Assembly: GCA_038042445.1 (NCBI GenBank)
Contig: JBBTED010000148.1
Location: 1 to 18,868 of the forward strand
Source of the DNA: Candidatus Firestoneibacteriota bacterium
Lineage (GTDB): Bacteria; Oederibacteriota; D2-FULL-39-29; JBBTED01
Length of the DNA stretch: 18,868 bases
Reading direction: 5' to 3'
Shown: positions 8,209 to 16,371 of the stretch, piece by piece
Layout of the letters: each line of letters begins with the position of its first letter
Position numbering within the stretch: the stretch's first letter is position 1
Position numbers and translations under genes: made by a program
The notes under the pieces: generated by a model
Seen by the model: the letters and a program-made list of their open reading frames with translations, nothing else
What the model was told of the DNA's origin: nothing
Databases searched by the model: none

Positions 8209-8238
8209 TACAAGTAAAATTTCTTTAGTTTTGGTAAC
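8209..8238 (-). promoter_or_regulatory. Putative alternative-sigma promoter, copy 1 (GTTACC-N17-ACTTGTA), overlapping the sigma stop codon
   Basis: GTTACC 8238-8233 (within codons S-Y-Q) and ACTTGTA 8215-8209; duplicated at 5402-5373. Confidence 0.6.
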
Positions 8239-8794
8239 TTGTATTTTGTGATTTTTTAACTATGGTCTGTCTTTTTCCACCAGACCATAATTCTTTTTTT
8301 AATCTACTGCATTTGTTTCTTATTTTATTTTGTATTTTCATCACCATCACATGTGAAATGCCTAATTTCTGACCTATTTCTCTTACTGTCCATTCTTCTA
8401 TCCAAAGAGATAAAACATCTTTTTCTCTTTCAGTTAAACCAACACTTGTATAAATTGTATCAACCAACAATTTATTCTCCAACAAATTTCCATTGTCAAC
8501 TGATATTATCTCCCCTAATTCTATTTTGCTTTCATCAATAATATTATTTAAACTAACTACAATAACATTGTCAGAAACTTTACGCAGATAATTTTTTAAA
8601 TAAAAATAGCATCCCTGCAATATATAACTATTAGTTTTTTCATTTAGTTTTTCCTCTTTAAAACATTGCCAGAGATATATAAGAGCTTCCTGAAATAAAT
8701 CGTCATCATCTATAAATGTCCAACGACCATTTAATCTTTTTGTTATACGCCTTAATACAGGTGATGTTTTTTTAACAAGTTCTTCAAATTGCAT
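8225..8794 (-). CDS. Alternative sigma-70 family factor (ECF/SigH-like, regions 2 and 4 only)
   Basis: 189 aa; region 2 DDDDLFQEALIYLW...YFYLKNYLRK; region 4 HTH LTEREKDVLSL...TVREIGQKLGISHVMV; no adjacent anti-sigma gene. Confidence 0.85.
   Translation of the reverse strand: MQFEELVKKTSPVLRRITKRLNGRWTFIDDDDLFQEALIYLWQCFKEEKLNEKTNSYILQGCYFYLKNYLRKVSDNVIVVSLNNIIDESKIELGEIISVDNGNLLENKLLVDTIYTSVGLTEREKDVLSLWIEEWTVREIGQKLGISHVMVMKIQNKIRNKCSRLKKELWSGGKRQTIVKKSQNTSYQN
8261..8289. repeat. Family D hairpin repeat inside the 3' end of the sigma gene
   Basis: TATGGTCTG-TCTTTTTCCAC-CAGACCATA, encoding LWSGGKRQTI. Confidence 0.7.
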
Positions 8795-8811
8795 ATTTTT
8801 TCTCTTTGTAG

Positions 8812-8869
8812 TGGTAGTCGCAAGCTTTAGCTTGCGGTATTTTTCGCAGGCTAAAGCCTGCGGCTACCA
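8812..8869. repeat. GTAG-type REP doublet (REPIN-like), family B, copy 2
   Basis: TGGTAGTCGCAAGCTTTAGCTTGCG-GTATTTTT-CGCAGGCTAAAGCCTGCGGCTACCA. Confidence 0.85.
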
Positions 8870-8916
8870 TTATGACACAATGACACAGTTTGAATTACAA
8901 TTGCGAAACAACCTCT

Positions 8917-10596
8917 TTAATTTACAATACTATATTTGTTAGTAATAGGCATCCGTCTGTCTTTACCAAATGCTTTAGGTGTAATTTTAATTCCAGGCGG
9001 AGATTGCCTGCGTTTGTGTTCACTTTTATCAACCATTCTAATGACCTTGGATACTATTGTTTTATCTGTATTCATCTCATCAACATCTTTATCTTCCTCT
9101 ACATAAGATTTTAATATAGGATCCAAAATTTCATAAGCAGGCAATGTATCTTTGTCTTTTTGCCCAAATTTAAGTTCAGCAGTTGGCTCTTTTGTAAGTA
9201 TACGTTCAGGAATTACCAAACCAAGAGAATTTCTATATTTTGCCAATTTATAAACTAATGTCTTCGGCACATCTTTGATTACAGCTAATCCACCTGCCAT
9301 ATCACCATATAATGTAGCATAACCAGTGCTCATTTCAGATTTATTGCCTGTAGTTAAAACTAACCATCCAAATTTATTTGAAAATGCCAATAAAATATTT
9401 CCTCTTATACGTGCCTGTAAATTTTCCTCTGCAATATCTTTCTGCAAACCAAGAAAATAAGGTTCAATAACCATAAGATAAATTTTATATATCTGTTCAA
9501 TAGAGATATGTAGAAATTTTATACCTAAATTATGTGCTAAACTTTTAGCATCAGTTTCTGATTCAGAAGAAGAATAACGAGTTGGCATAAATACTCCAGT
9601 TACATTCTCTTTACCTAATGCATCCGCTGCAATAGTACCAACAAATGCAGAATCAATCCCCCCACTTAATCCTACAACAACCTTTTTAAAATTATTTTTT
9701 TCAACGTAATCTTTTAAACCTAAAGTTAAAGCCTTATAAATTTCTGCTGCTGGCTCTAATATTTTTATATCTCTTTTAGACAATACATCTTTAGATTTAA
9801 AGGAAAACTTTTTTTCAATTACTACAACCTTTTCTGATACTTTTTTTACTTCCAAATTTTTGATTGGCAAATCAAATACCAAATAATCTTCTTCAAATGC
9901 TAATCCTCTATTTTTAATTTTGCCTTTTGTATCTACAACCATACTTTGTCCATCAAAAACCAATTCGTCCTGGCCACCAACCAAATTAGTATAAACAATA
10001 GCTACAGAATTATCTCTTGCCTGTTCGCAAATAGTTAATTCTCTTTCCTGAATCTTACCTGCATGATAAGGAGAAGCACTTATATTAAGAATTAAATTTG
10101 CCCCTGCTAAAGCCTGTTTTTTTACCGGACCATCTTTCCACCATATATCCTCACAAATATTTACCCCAAAAATCGCTTCCCCAAATTTAAATACTATTGT
10201 CTCATTCCCCTGTTTAAAATAACGGTTTTCATCAAAAACTCCATAATTCGGCAAAAACATTTTGTGATACACATCTCTAATTTTTTTCTTATAAATTATT
10301 GCAGCGGAATTATATATATTCCCTTCCTGTTTATCCACAAAACCTATAACAACTACAATATCATCAACAAACTTAGTTATATATTTCAATTTATCTATGT
10401 TTTCTTCAATAAAACTATTTTTAAGCAAAAGATCCTCTGGCGGATAACCTGCAATTGCAAGTTCAGGAAAAGAAATTATATCAACTCCAAGTTTTTTTGC
10501 CTTCTCAATACCTGCAATTATTTTTTCTGTATTATTTTTCAAATCTCCAACTGTAAAATTCAATTGCGCACAACAAATTCTTATATTATTTTCCAT
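8917..10596 (-). CDS. nadE: Glutamine-dependent NAD+ synthetase
   Basis: Nitrilase-fold glutaminase triad (FPELAIAGYPPEDLL, YHKMFLPNYGVFDE, ICEDIW) fused to synthetase domain (GLSGGIDSA, ENLQARIRG, TTGNKSE, GYATLYGD, PTAEL, KRRQSPPG). Confidence 0.97.
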   Translation of the reverse strand: MENNIRICCAQLNFTVGDLKNNTEKIIAGIEKAKKLGVDIISFPELAIAGYPPEDLLLKNSFIEENIDKLKYITKFVDDIVVVIGFVDKQEGNIYNSAAIIYKKKIRDVYHKMFLPNYGVFDENRYFKQGNETIVFKFGEAIFGVNICEDIWWKDGPVKKQALAGANLILNISASPYHAGKIQERELTICEQARDNSVAIVYTNLVGGQDELVFDGQSMVVDTKGKIKNRGLAFEEDYLVFDLPIKNLEVKKVSEKVVVIEKKFSFKSKDVLSKRDIKILEPAAEIYKALTLGLKDYVEKNNFKKVVVGLSGGIDSAFVGTIAADALGKENVTGVFMPTRYSSSESETDAKSLAHNLGIKFLHISIEQIYKIYLMVIEPYFLGLQKDIAEENLQARIRGNILLAFSNKFGWLVLTTGNKSEMSTGYATLYGDMAGGLAVIKDVPKTLVYKLAKYRNSLGLVIPERILTKEPTAELKFGQKDKDTLPAYEILDPILKSYVEEDKDVDEMNTDKTIVSKVIRMVDKSEHKRRQSPPGIKITPKAFGKDRRMPITNKYSIVN

Positions 10597-10610
10597 TTTT
10601 CACCATCCCC

Positions 10611-10681
10611 AAATAAAAAAACGTCCTTTTCCTCAACGAATATACAGCACTAAAACCCACAATCACCGTGGAAAAGGACGT
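10611..10681 (-). terminator. Leader attenuator terminator upstream of nadE
   Basis: 12-bp perfect stem ACGTCCTTTTCC...GGAAAAGGACGT (37-nt loop) followed by TTTTTTATTT, between promoter and RBS; hexaloop hairpin CTAC-AAAGCA-GTAG at 10711-10698 upstream. Confidence 0.7.
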
Positions 10682-10721
10682 CTTCAAAAACCTACTACTA
10701 CTGCTTTGTAGCTCTATTTAT

Positions 10722-10749
10722 AGTATACTACATTTTTCAAATTTGTCAA
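10722..10749 (-). promoter_or_regulatory. Housekeeping sigma-70 promoter for nadE-sigma
   Basis: TTGACA (10749-10744), 16-nt spacer, TATACT (10727-10722). Confidence 0.7.
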
Positions 10750-10784
10750 GTTTTTCTCAGGTTTTTTTTCATAACAATTAAGTA

Positions 10785-10813
10785 TTGACATATAAAAAAA
10801 TACATAGTAATCT
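10785..10813 (+). promoter_or_regulatory. Housekeeping sigma-70 promoter for pckG
   Basis: TTGACA (10785-10790), 17-nt spacer, TAATCT (10808-10813); RBS TAAGGAGG 10833-10840. Confidence 0.65.
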
Positions 10814-10849
10814 TTAGCACAATAAATTTAATTAAGGAGGAATTTATAT

Positions 10850-12622
10850 ATGGCAACACCGATTGAAAAATGGGTTGAAGAACAGGCAAAACTTGCAAAG
10901 CCAAATAAAATTTACTGGTGTAATGGTTCGCTTGAAGAAGCACACAAACTTATTGAAATAGGAGAAACAAAAGAAAAAATCGGGAAAAATTATCTTTTTA
11001 ATAATCTCAATTGCAAAACATATCCTAATAGTTATATCCATCACAGCCATCCTACAGATGTAGCACGAACAGAACATCTAACTTATATATGCCATTCTGA
11101 CAAAGAAACAACAGGTCCTAATAATAACTGGATGGAACCAAATGAAGCAAAACAACTGATGACCAAATTATCTGATGGATGTATGCGCGGCAAAACAATG
11201 TATGTTCTTCCTTATATGATGGGTCATCCTGATTCACCTTATGCAAAAGCATGCGTTCAGCTTACAGATGTAAGTTATGTTGCTATAAGTATGCGAATTA
11301 TGTGCAGAATGGGAAAAAATATACTTGATAAAATAGGAAATTCAGAAAATTTTGTAAAAGGATTCCATTCAGTTGGCGATTTTGATCCTAATAAACGTTT
11401 TATTATGCACTTCCCTGATGAAAATTTTGTATGGAGCATAGGCTCTGGATATGGCGGAAATGCATTGCTTGGTAAAAAATGTTTCTCTTTAAGGCTTGCT
11501 TCATACCTTGGATTACATCAAAATTGGCTTGCTGAACATATGATTGTTATTGGTATAGAAGACCCCAATGGAAATACTACTTATATAACAGCCGCATTCC
11601 CGAGTGCTTGTGGAAAAACAAATCTTGCAATGTTAGAATCCGCTATACCGGGATACAAAATATGGACACTTGGAGATGACATTGCATGGCTGAATATAGG
11701 AGAAGATGGCAGATTATATGCAATAAACCCGGAAATGGGATTTTTCGGAGTTGCACCAGGCACTTCTATGAAAACAAATCCAAATATGATGCAGACTTTA
11801 AAAGCAGGCACATTTTACCCCACGCTATTTACTAATACAGCATTAGATATTGACAATAATGAACCATGGTGGGAAGGTATTGATGGCGAAATTCCTAAAA
11901 ATCTACTTGACTGGCAGAATAAAAAATGGACGTCTGACCTAAACACAAAAGCAGCACATCCAAATTCAAGATTTACAGTATCAGTTTCTCAATGTCCAAC
12001 TCTATCTAAAGAATATAACAACCCAAAAGGTGTACCAATATCTGCAATGATTTTTGGTGGAAAAAGAAGTAAACTTCTGCCTTTAATATATGAAAGTTTC
12101 AACTGGCAACATGGAGTATTTGCAAGTGCAAGAATGGGTTCAGAAACAACAGCTGCAGCCGCTAGCAAAGTTGGAGTTCTACGAAGAGACCCAATGGCAA
12201 TGCTACCATTTTGTGGATATAATATGGGTGACTACTTCAAACACTGGATTGAATTTGGTAAAAAAATTCCGCATCCTCCAAAAATATTTTTTGCAAACTG
12301 GTTCAGGACAGATGAAAACAATAATTTTATGTGGCCCGGATTCGGAGAAAACATACGTGTATTGGACTGGATAATAAAAAGAGTGAACAATAAAGTTTCA
12401 GCCAAAGAAACATCTATAGGCCTTGTCCCTATGACAAACGATTTAAACCTTACAGGTATGAATATTCCCAAAGAAAACTTACAAAAACTATTTGAAATAA
12501 ATCCAACAGACTGGCAAGATGAAATAACCGATGTAGAAAAGTTTTTAACTCAATTTGGGAAACGTATGCCTGAAGATATTTGGTCTGAGTTTAGAAAATT
12601 CAAGTCGAGCTTTTCAAAATAA
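10850..12622 (+). CDS. pckG: Phosphoenolpyruvate carboxykinase (GTP)
   Basis: SGYGGNALLGKKCFSLR, WLAEHM, AAFPSACGKTNLAM, GDDIAW, INPEMGFFGVAPGT, AAHPNSRF, RRDPMAMLPFCGYNMGDY, WPGFGENIRVL. Confidence 0.97.
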   Translation: MATPIEKWVEEQAKLAKPNKIYWCNGSLEEAHKLIEIGETKEKIGKNYLFNNLNCKTYPNSYIHHSHPTDVARTEHLTYICHSDKETTGPNNNWMEPNEAKQLMTKLSDGCMRGKTMYVLPYMMGHPDSPYAKACVQLTDVSYVAISMRIMCRMGKNILDKIGNSENFVKGFHSVGDFDPNKRFIMHFPDENFVWSIGSGYGGNALLGKKCFSLRLASYLGLHQNWLAEHMIVIGIEDPNGNTTYITAAFPSACGKTNLAMLESAIPGYKIWTLGDDIAWLNIGEDGRLYAINPEMGFFGVAPGTSMKTNPNMMQTLKAGTFYPTLFTNTALDIDNNEPWWEGIDGEIPKNLLDWQNKKWTSDLNTKAAHPNSRFTVSVSQCPTLSKEYNNPKGVPISAMIFGGKRSKLLPLIYESFNWQHGVFASARMGSETTAAAASKVGVLRRDPMAMLPFCGYNMGDYFKHWIEFGKKIPHPPKIFFANWFRTDENNNFMWPGFGENIRVLDWIIKRVNNKVSAKETSIGLVPMTNDLNLTGMNIPKENLQKLFEINPTDWQDEITDVEKFLTQFGKRMPEDIWSEFRKFKSSFSK

Positions 12623-13793
12623 CAGATTTTGCAGTAATAGCAGTTAAAAACCATACGAGCATAATTACTTCTGAATCTCCAAAATTGTATTCAAAAATAC
12701 CTGAAACTAAAAATGCTGAAAAAGCGGCTAAAAATCCGAGAAGTAGAGATTTTAAAAATTCATCACTCGCTTTTTTTAATGAAGTCACTCCCCACCTGTA
12801 AAAGCAAAATATCATCCATAAAAAAGCTAAACCACCTAACATACCACGTTCCACTACTATCTGGATAAAATTATTATGTAAATGACCTTGATGTGGATAA
12901 TATGCTTCTGGCATTTTATAAAGTGGATATAATTGTCCCACATTTTCCAAACCTATACCTAAAGGATGATCTTTTATCATTTCAATCCCACTTTTCCACA
13001 TACAAATTCTTTCAAAATTAGACTCTGGCTCAACTATACTTCTTATTCTCCCACCCAGCGTGCTCGTTGGAAAGAAACTCGCAACACAAATAAATATTAC
13101 AGCTATTATTGTAAATATCAGTATAAGTTTTTTTGATTTTAGAATTCCCAGTATTATCAATGAAACTGCAATTCCAAGCCATGCACCTCTTGCAAATGTA
13201 AACACGAGTGCAATAGATATTAATATTGTGCAAGGCATTAAAACGCGTTTTGACAATATCTTACCCTCATTTTTAAAATTTATCAAAAATGGTATTATTA
13301 TTGAAATCACCATTATCAATATCTCCGCCAAAGTCAATGACAAACTAAATGTCCCCTCTAATTTCCATCCACCACCTGTCCAATATTTTATGATTCCATA
13401 GATTGACTCAAAAGTCGCTGAAAATATTATTAGCAATACAAGTTTTTTAGCCTGTTCTAAACTTTTGACATTGTTTGAAACAAAAAAATAAATTAGCATT
13501 AAACCAACTGTTTTAAACATTCCCCCTACGCTATTATGCATATTTATAGATAGAATTGTTGATAAAATTGTTGCAGCAATAAATAATAATATAGCTGTAT
13601 CTAATGGAGTTTTGGTATAATATTTTTTTTCTTCTGTTAGCATTTTTACTACCCACGCAATTAATCCAACAAAAAACCCAAGCTGAGTAAGTGTAATTGA
13701 CCAGGCACATCCAACAGCAAATAGAATCAGTCCCCACTCAATTGCAAAATCGCAATACTTAATTAGCTTTTCCTTTGAAATAGAGTTAACCAT
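12600..13793 (-). CDS. O-antigen ligase (WaaL/Wzy_C) family membrane protein
   Basis: Multi-pass hydrophobic protein; TFARGAW, SNFERICMW...KDHPLGIG, HLHNNFIQ...ERG; LPS cluster context. Confidence 0.85.
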   Translation of the reverse strand: MVNSISKEKLIKYCDFAIEWGLILFAVGCAWSITLTQLGFFVGLIAWVVKMLTEEKKYYTKTPLDTAILLFIAATILSTILSINMHNSVGGMFKTVGLMLIYFFVSNNVKSLEQAKKLVLLIIFSATFESIYGIIKYWTGGGWKLEGTFSLSLTLAEILIMVISIIIPFLINFKNEGKILSKRVLMPCTILISIALVFTFARGAWLGIAVSLIILGILKSKKLILIFTIIAVIFICVASFFPTSTLGGRIRSIVEPESNFERICMWKSGIEMIKDHPLGIGLENVGQLYPLYKMPEAYYPHQGHLHNNFIQIVVERGMLGGLAFLWMIFCFYRWGVTSLKKASDEFLKSLLLGFLAAFSAFLVSGIFEYNFGDSEVIMLVWFLTAITAKSVILKSST

Positions 13794-14554
13794 AAAAGCC
13801 TCCTGTTATACTTATCTTTATACAACTCAATAAGTTTAATCTGTGTTATAAAAATGTAAAAAGATGCAAAAGCACAAGCAAGTAAACCCTGAATACCATC
13901 TAAAAATCCAAATTTAAAAAAATAACTTTTCAAAAACCTGTGTATCGGCTTTATAAATACTTTATATCCTGTTGGATAAATATTTCTTTCAAAAAGCCCA
14001 TTTGCCTCTTTTGTAGTATAATTATTAAATTTACCAAAATATTGTGTAATATTACTGTATGCGTAATGAATGATTGGTTCTTTTAAAATACCAGATTTTC
14101 CATTTAAAAAAATTCCTTCGTGAACATTTGTAAATTTTGATTCGAATTTCCCATAATTTTTATTAAAAAGCCGCAAATGATAATCAGGACAAAATCCACC
14201 ATATTTTAAAAATCTTCCGAAATAATAAGTCTGCATAGGCATTAAATATCCATTATATTCAGGTTTGCGTAATATTATTTTTATCTCTTCGGCTAATTCT
14301 TCAGAAACAACTTCGTCAGCATCTATATTTAATATCCAATCATTTTTCGCTAAACTAATTGCATAATTTTTCTGCTGGGTATAATTTACCCATTCTTTTG
14401 TCCAAACTTTATTGGTATATTGTCTGGCAATTTGGACAGTATCATCTGTGCTAAATGCATCAACAACTATTATATCATCTACCCATCTAACACTTTCAAG
14501 ACATCTTTTAATATTTCCCTGCTCATTTTTTGTTATTACCACAACACTAAGCAT
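13763..14554 (-). CDS. Glycosyltransferase family 2 (WaaE/KdtX-like LPS core glucosyltransferase)
   Basis: LSVVVITKNE, VVDAFSTDDT, WILNIDADE, DYHLRLF, VHE, KFNNYT, GFLDGIQG. Confidence 0.9.
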   Translation of the reverse strand: MLSVVVITKNEQGNIKRCLESVRWVDDIIVVDAFSTDDTVQIARQYTNKVWTKEWVNYTQQKNYAISLAKNDWILNIDADEVVSEELAEEIKIILRKPEYNGYLMPMQTYYFGRFLKYGGFCPDYHLRLFNKNYGKFESKFTNVHEGIFLNGKSGILKEPIIHYAYSNITQYFGKFNNYTTKEANGLFERNIYPTGYKVFIKPIHRFLKSYFFKFGFLDGIQGLLACAFASFYIFITQIKLIELYKDKYNRRLLWLTLFQRKS

Positions 14555-14597
14555 ATAATAAAATTAGTATACATAATATCAAACATTTTTCAAAGCA

Positions 14598-14629
14598 AAA
14601 TCCCCCTACCCCTTTACTAAAGGGGGATT
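14598..14629. repeat. Family A repeat, copy 3, supplying the last codons and stop of the GT2-GT9 gene
   Basis: AAATCCCCCTACCCCTTTACTAAAGGGGGATT; stop TAG at 14619-14617 lies inside it. Confidence 0.65.
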
Positions 14630-16371
14630 AAGAGGAAATTTACAGCTTTCATAACTTGCTCTACAGTTATTAAATCCATACACTTTTTATTATCACAAGT
14701 GGCTTTATAACACGGTCTACAATTAACATCAACTGACACAGCAAAATGTCTATCTTTTTCTAAATAAGGGTGACAAACTGTAGAATCCTCAGGCCCTATC
14801 AATACAACTGATGGAACACCCATTGCAACAGCAATATGAACACCTGCAGAATCAAGACCAATATAAGCTTTACACTTGCCAATTAAAGCAGAGTATTGCA
14901 GTAGAGATAAATCTTTAAGAATAATAGTGTTTTTAGTTTTCACTAATTCCTTTATTTGAGCTGCAATTTTCTCTTCTTTAGGACCTGCAAATAACAAAAT
15001 TTTAGCATTTTTTTCACTCACAAGTTTATCAATGAGTTGAGCAAATTTTTCTAATTTCCACATCTTGATTTCCCTGCTTGCACCAGGACTTATTCCTATT
15101 ACAAAATCATCTGAAAATATTTTTTCTTTTGTAAAAATATTTTCAGCAAATTCACAATCCTTTTTACATGGAAATATCTCAGGATAATAATCTATAGGTT
15201 CAATACCAGCAGACAAAACAGTATCCAAATCCCTTTGTATCCCTGATTTTGGTGTTTTTGAACCCAACATTCTTACAGTAGTAAAATAATTTACACCATT
15301 ATGGTTATTTATAATTCTTTTTTTTGCTCCACTTAACAATGATATTAAAGCACTTCTAAAAGACGCTTCAAAATTTATAACTATGTCGAATTTTTTATTG
15401 TGAATTAATCTAAAAAATTCAATATGGGAAAACAAACTATTTAATTTATCTTTTTCATAAATAATAATTTCATTTATATAGGAATTATTTATAAAAACTT
15501 CAGCTGAATTTTTTGGGCATAAAAATGCCATATGACTATCTTTATATTTATTTCTGATTGCTTTAATAGCTGGTGTGGAAATAAGCATATCGCCTATATT
15601 TCTAAGTTTAATCAGCAAAATTCTCTTTTGGCTAAACTCTTGCTTTTCCCAAAGTTTTGCATACTTCACAAAAGTATAAAAAGCGCTTATAACACAAATA
15701 ACCAAACCTGATATACCGTCAAGAAAACCTTTTTTAAAAATATATTTTTTATAAAATGTTATCTTGGGATTAAAAATTACATGATACCATCTAAATTTTT
15801 TATTTTTAATTTCCTCTGCAGCCAGTGAAGTGTATTTGTTAAATTTTTCAATATATTCTGTAATATCTTTATAAATATAATGCGAAATAGGATTTTTCAG
15901 TTTTCCTATATTGCCCGTAACTTTAACTGACTCATGAACTAATTTTTCATTAAACTGCCCGCAATCTTTTTTAAATAACCGCAAGTTGTAATCAGGATAT
16001 AAACCTGAATATTTTATCCATCTTCCAAGAAAAAATGAACGTCTTGGAAGATAAAAACCATTATATTCACTTGTATTTGTTGCATCTATAATCTCATTTC
16101 TTAATTCATCGGTTATTCGTTCATCTGCATCTACACTTAAAATCCATTTTCCTGATGATTTTGTTATCCCTAAATTTTTCTGCTTTGAATACCCTAACCA
16201 CTCCTGTTCATAAACTTTACATCCAAATTTCTTGCATATTTCTACTGTGTTATCTGTACTTTCCGAATCAACAACAATTATTTCATCTGCAAAAGAAATA
16301 GTTTTTAGACAACCCAATATATTTTCTTCTTCGTTTTTAGTTATTATTACCGCAGAAATTTTATTTGGCAT
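14617..16371 (-). CDS. Fused GT2 (WaaE-like) and GT9 (heptosyltransferase-like) LPS glycosyltransferase
   Basis: N-terminal ISAVIITKNEE, VDSESTD, WILSVDADE, GFLDG; C-terminal KRILLIKLRNIGD, ISPGAS...KMW, YIGLDSAGVHIAVA, CRPC...C...CM. Confidence 0.9.
   Translation of the reverse strand: MPNKISAVIITKNEEENILGCLKTISFADEIIVVDSESTDNTVEICKKFGCKVYEQEWLGYSKQKNLGITKSSGKWILSVDADERITDELRNEIIDATNTSEYNGFYLPRRSFFLGRWIKYSGLYPDYNLRLFKKDCGQFNEKLVHESVKVTGNIGKLKNPISHYIYKDITEYIEKFNKYTSLAAEEIKNKKFRWYHVIFNPKITFYKKYIFKKGFLDGISGLVICVISAFYTFVKYAKLWEKQEFSQKRILLIKLRNIGDMLISTPAIKAIRNKYKDSHMAFLCPKNSAEVFINNSYINEIIIYEKDKLNSLFSHIEFFRLIHNKKFDIVINFEASFRSALISLLSGAKKRIINNHNGVNYFTTVRMLGSKTPKSGIQRDLDTVLSAGIEPIDYYPEIFPCKKDCEFAENIFTKEKIFSDDFVIGISPGASREIKMWKLEKFAQLIDKLVSEKNAKILLFAGPKEEKIAAQIKELVKTKNTIILKDLSLLQYSALIGKCKAYIGLDSAGVHIAVAMGVPSVVLIGPEDSTVCHPYLEKDRHFAVSVDVNCRPCYKATCDNKKCMDLITVEQVMKAVNFLLIPL

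Noticed and set aside
8872..8887. Short direct repeat ATGACACA-ATGACAC
   Set aside because: Too short to separate from chance; no second occurrence in regulatory context
10746..11077. Minus-strand ORFs 10746-10943 and 10844-11077 as leader peptides
   Set aside because: They lie upstream of the nadE promoter and antisense to pckG, so cannot be leader peptides of the attenuator
14566..14593. Internal promoter TTGAAA-16-TATACT just upstream of the GT2 start (possible near-leaderless mRNA)
   Set aside because: Plausible but such matches are common in very AT-rich DNA; not supportable without TSS data
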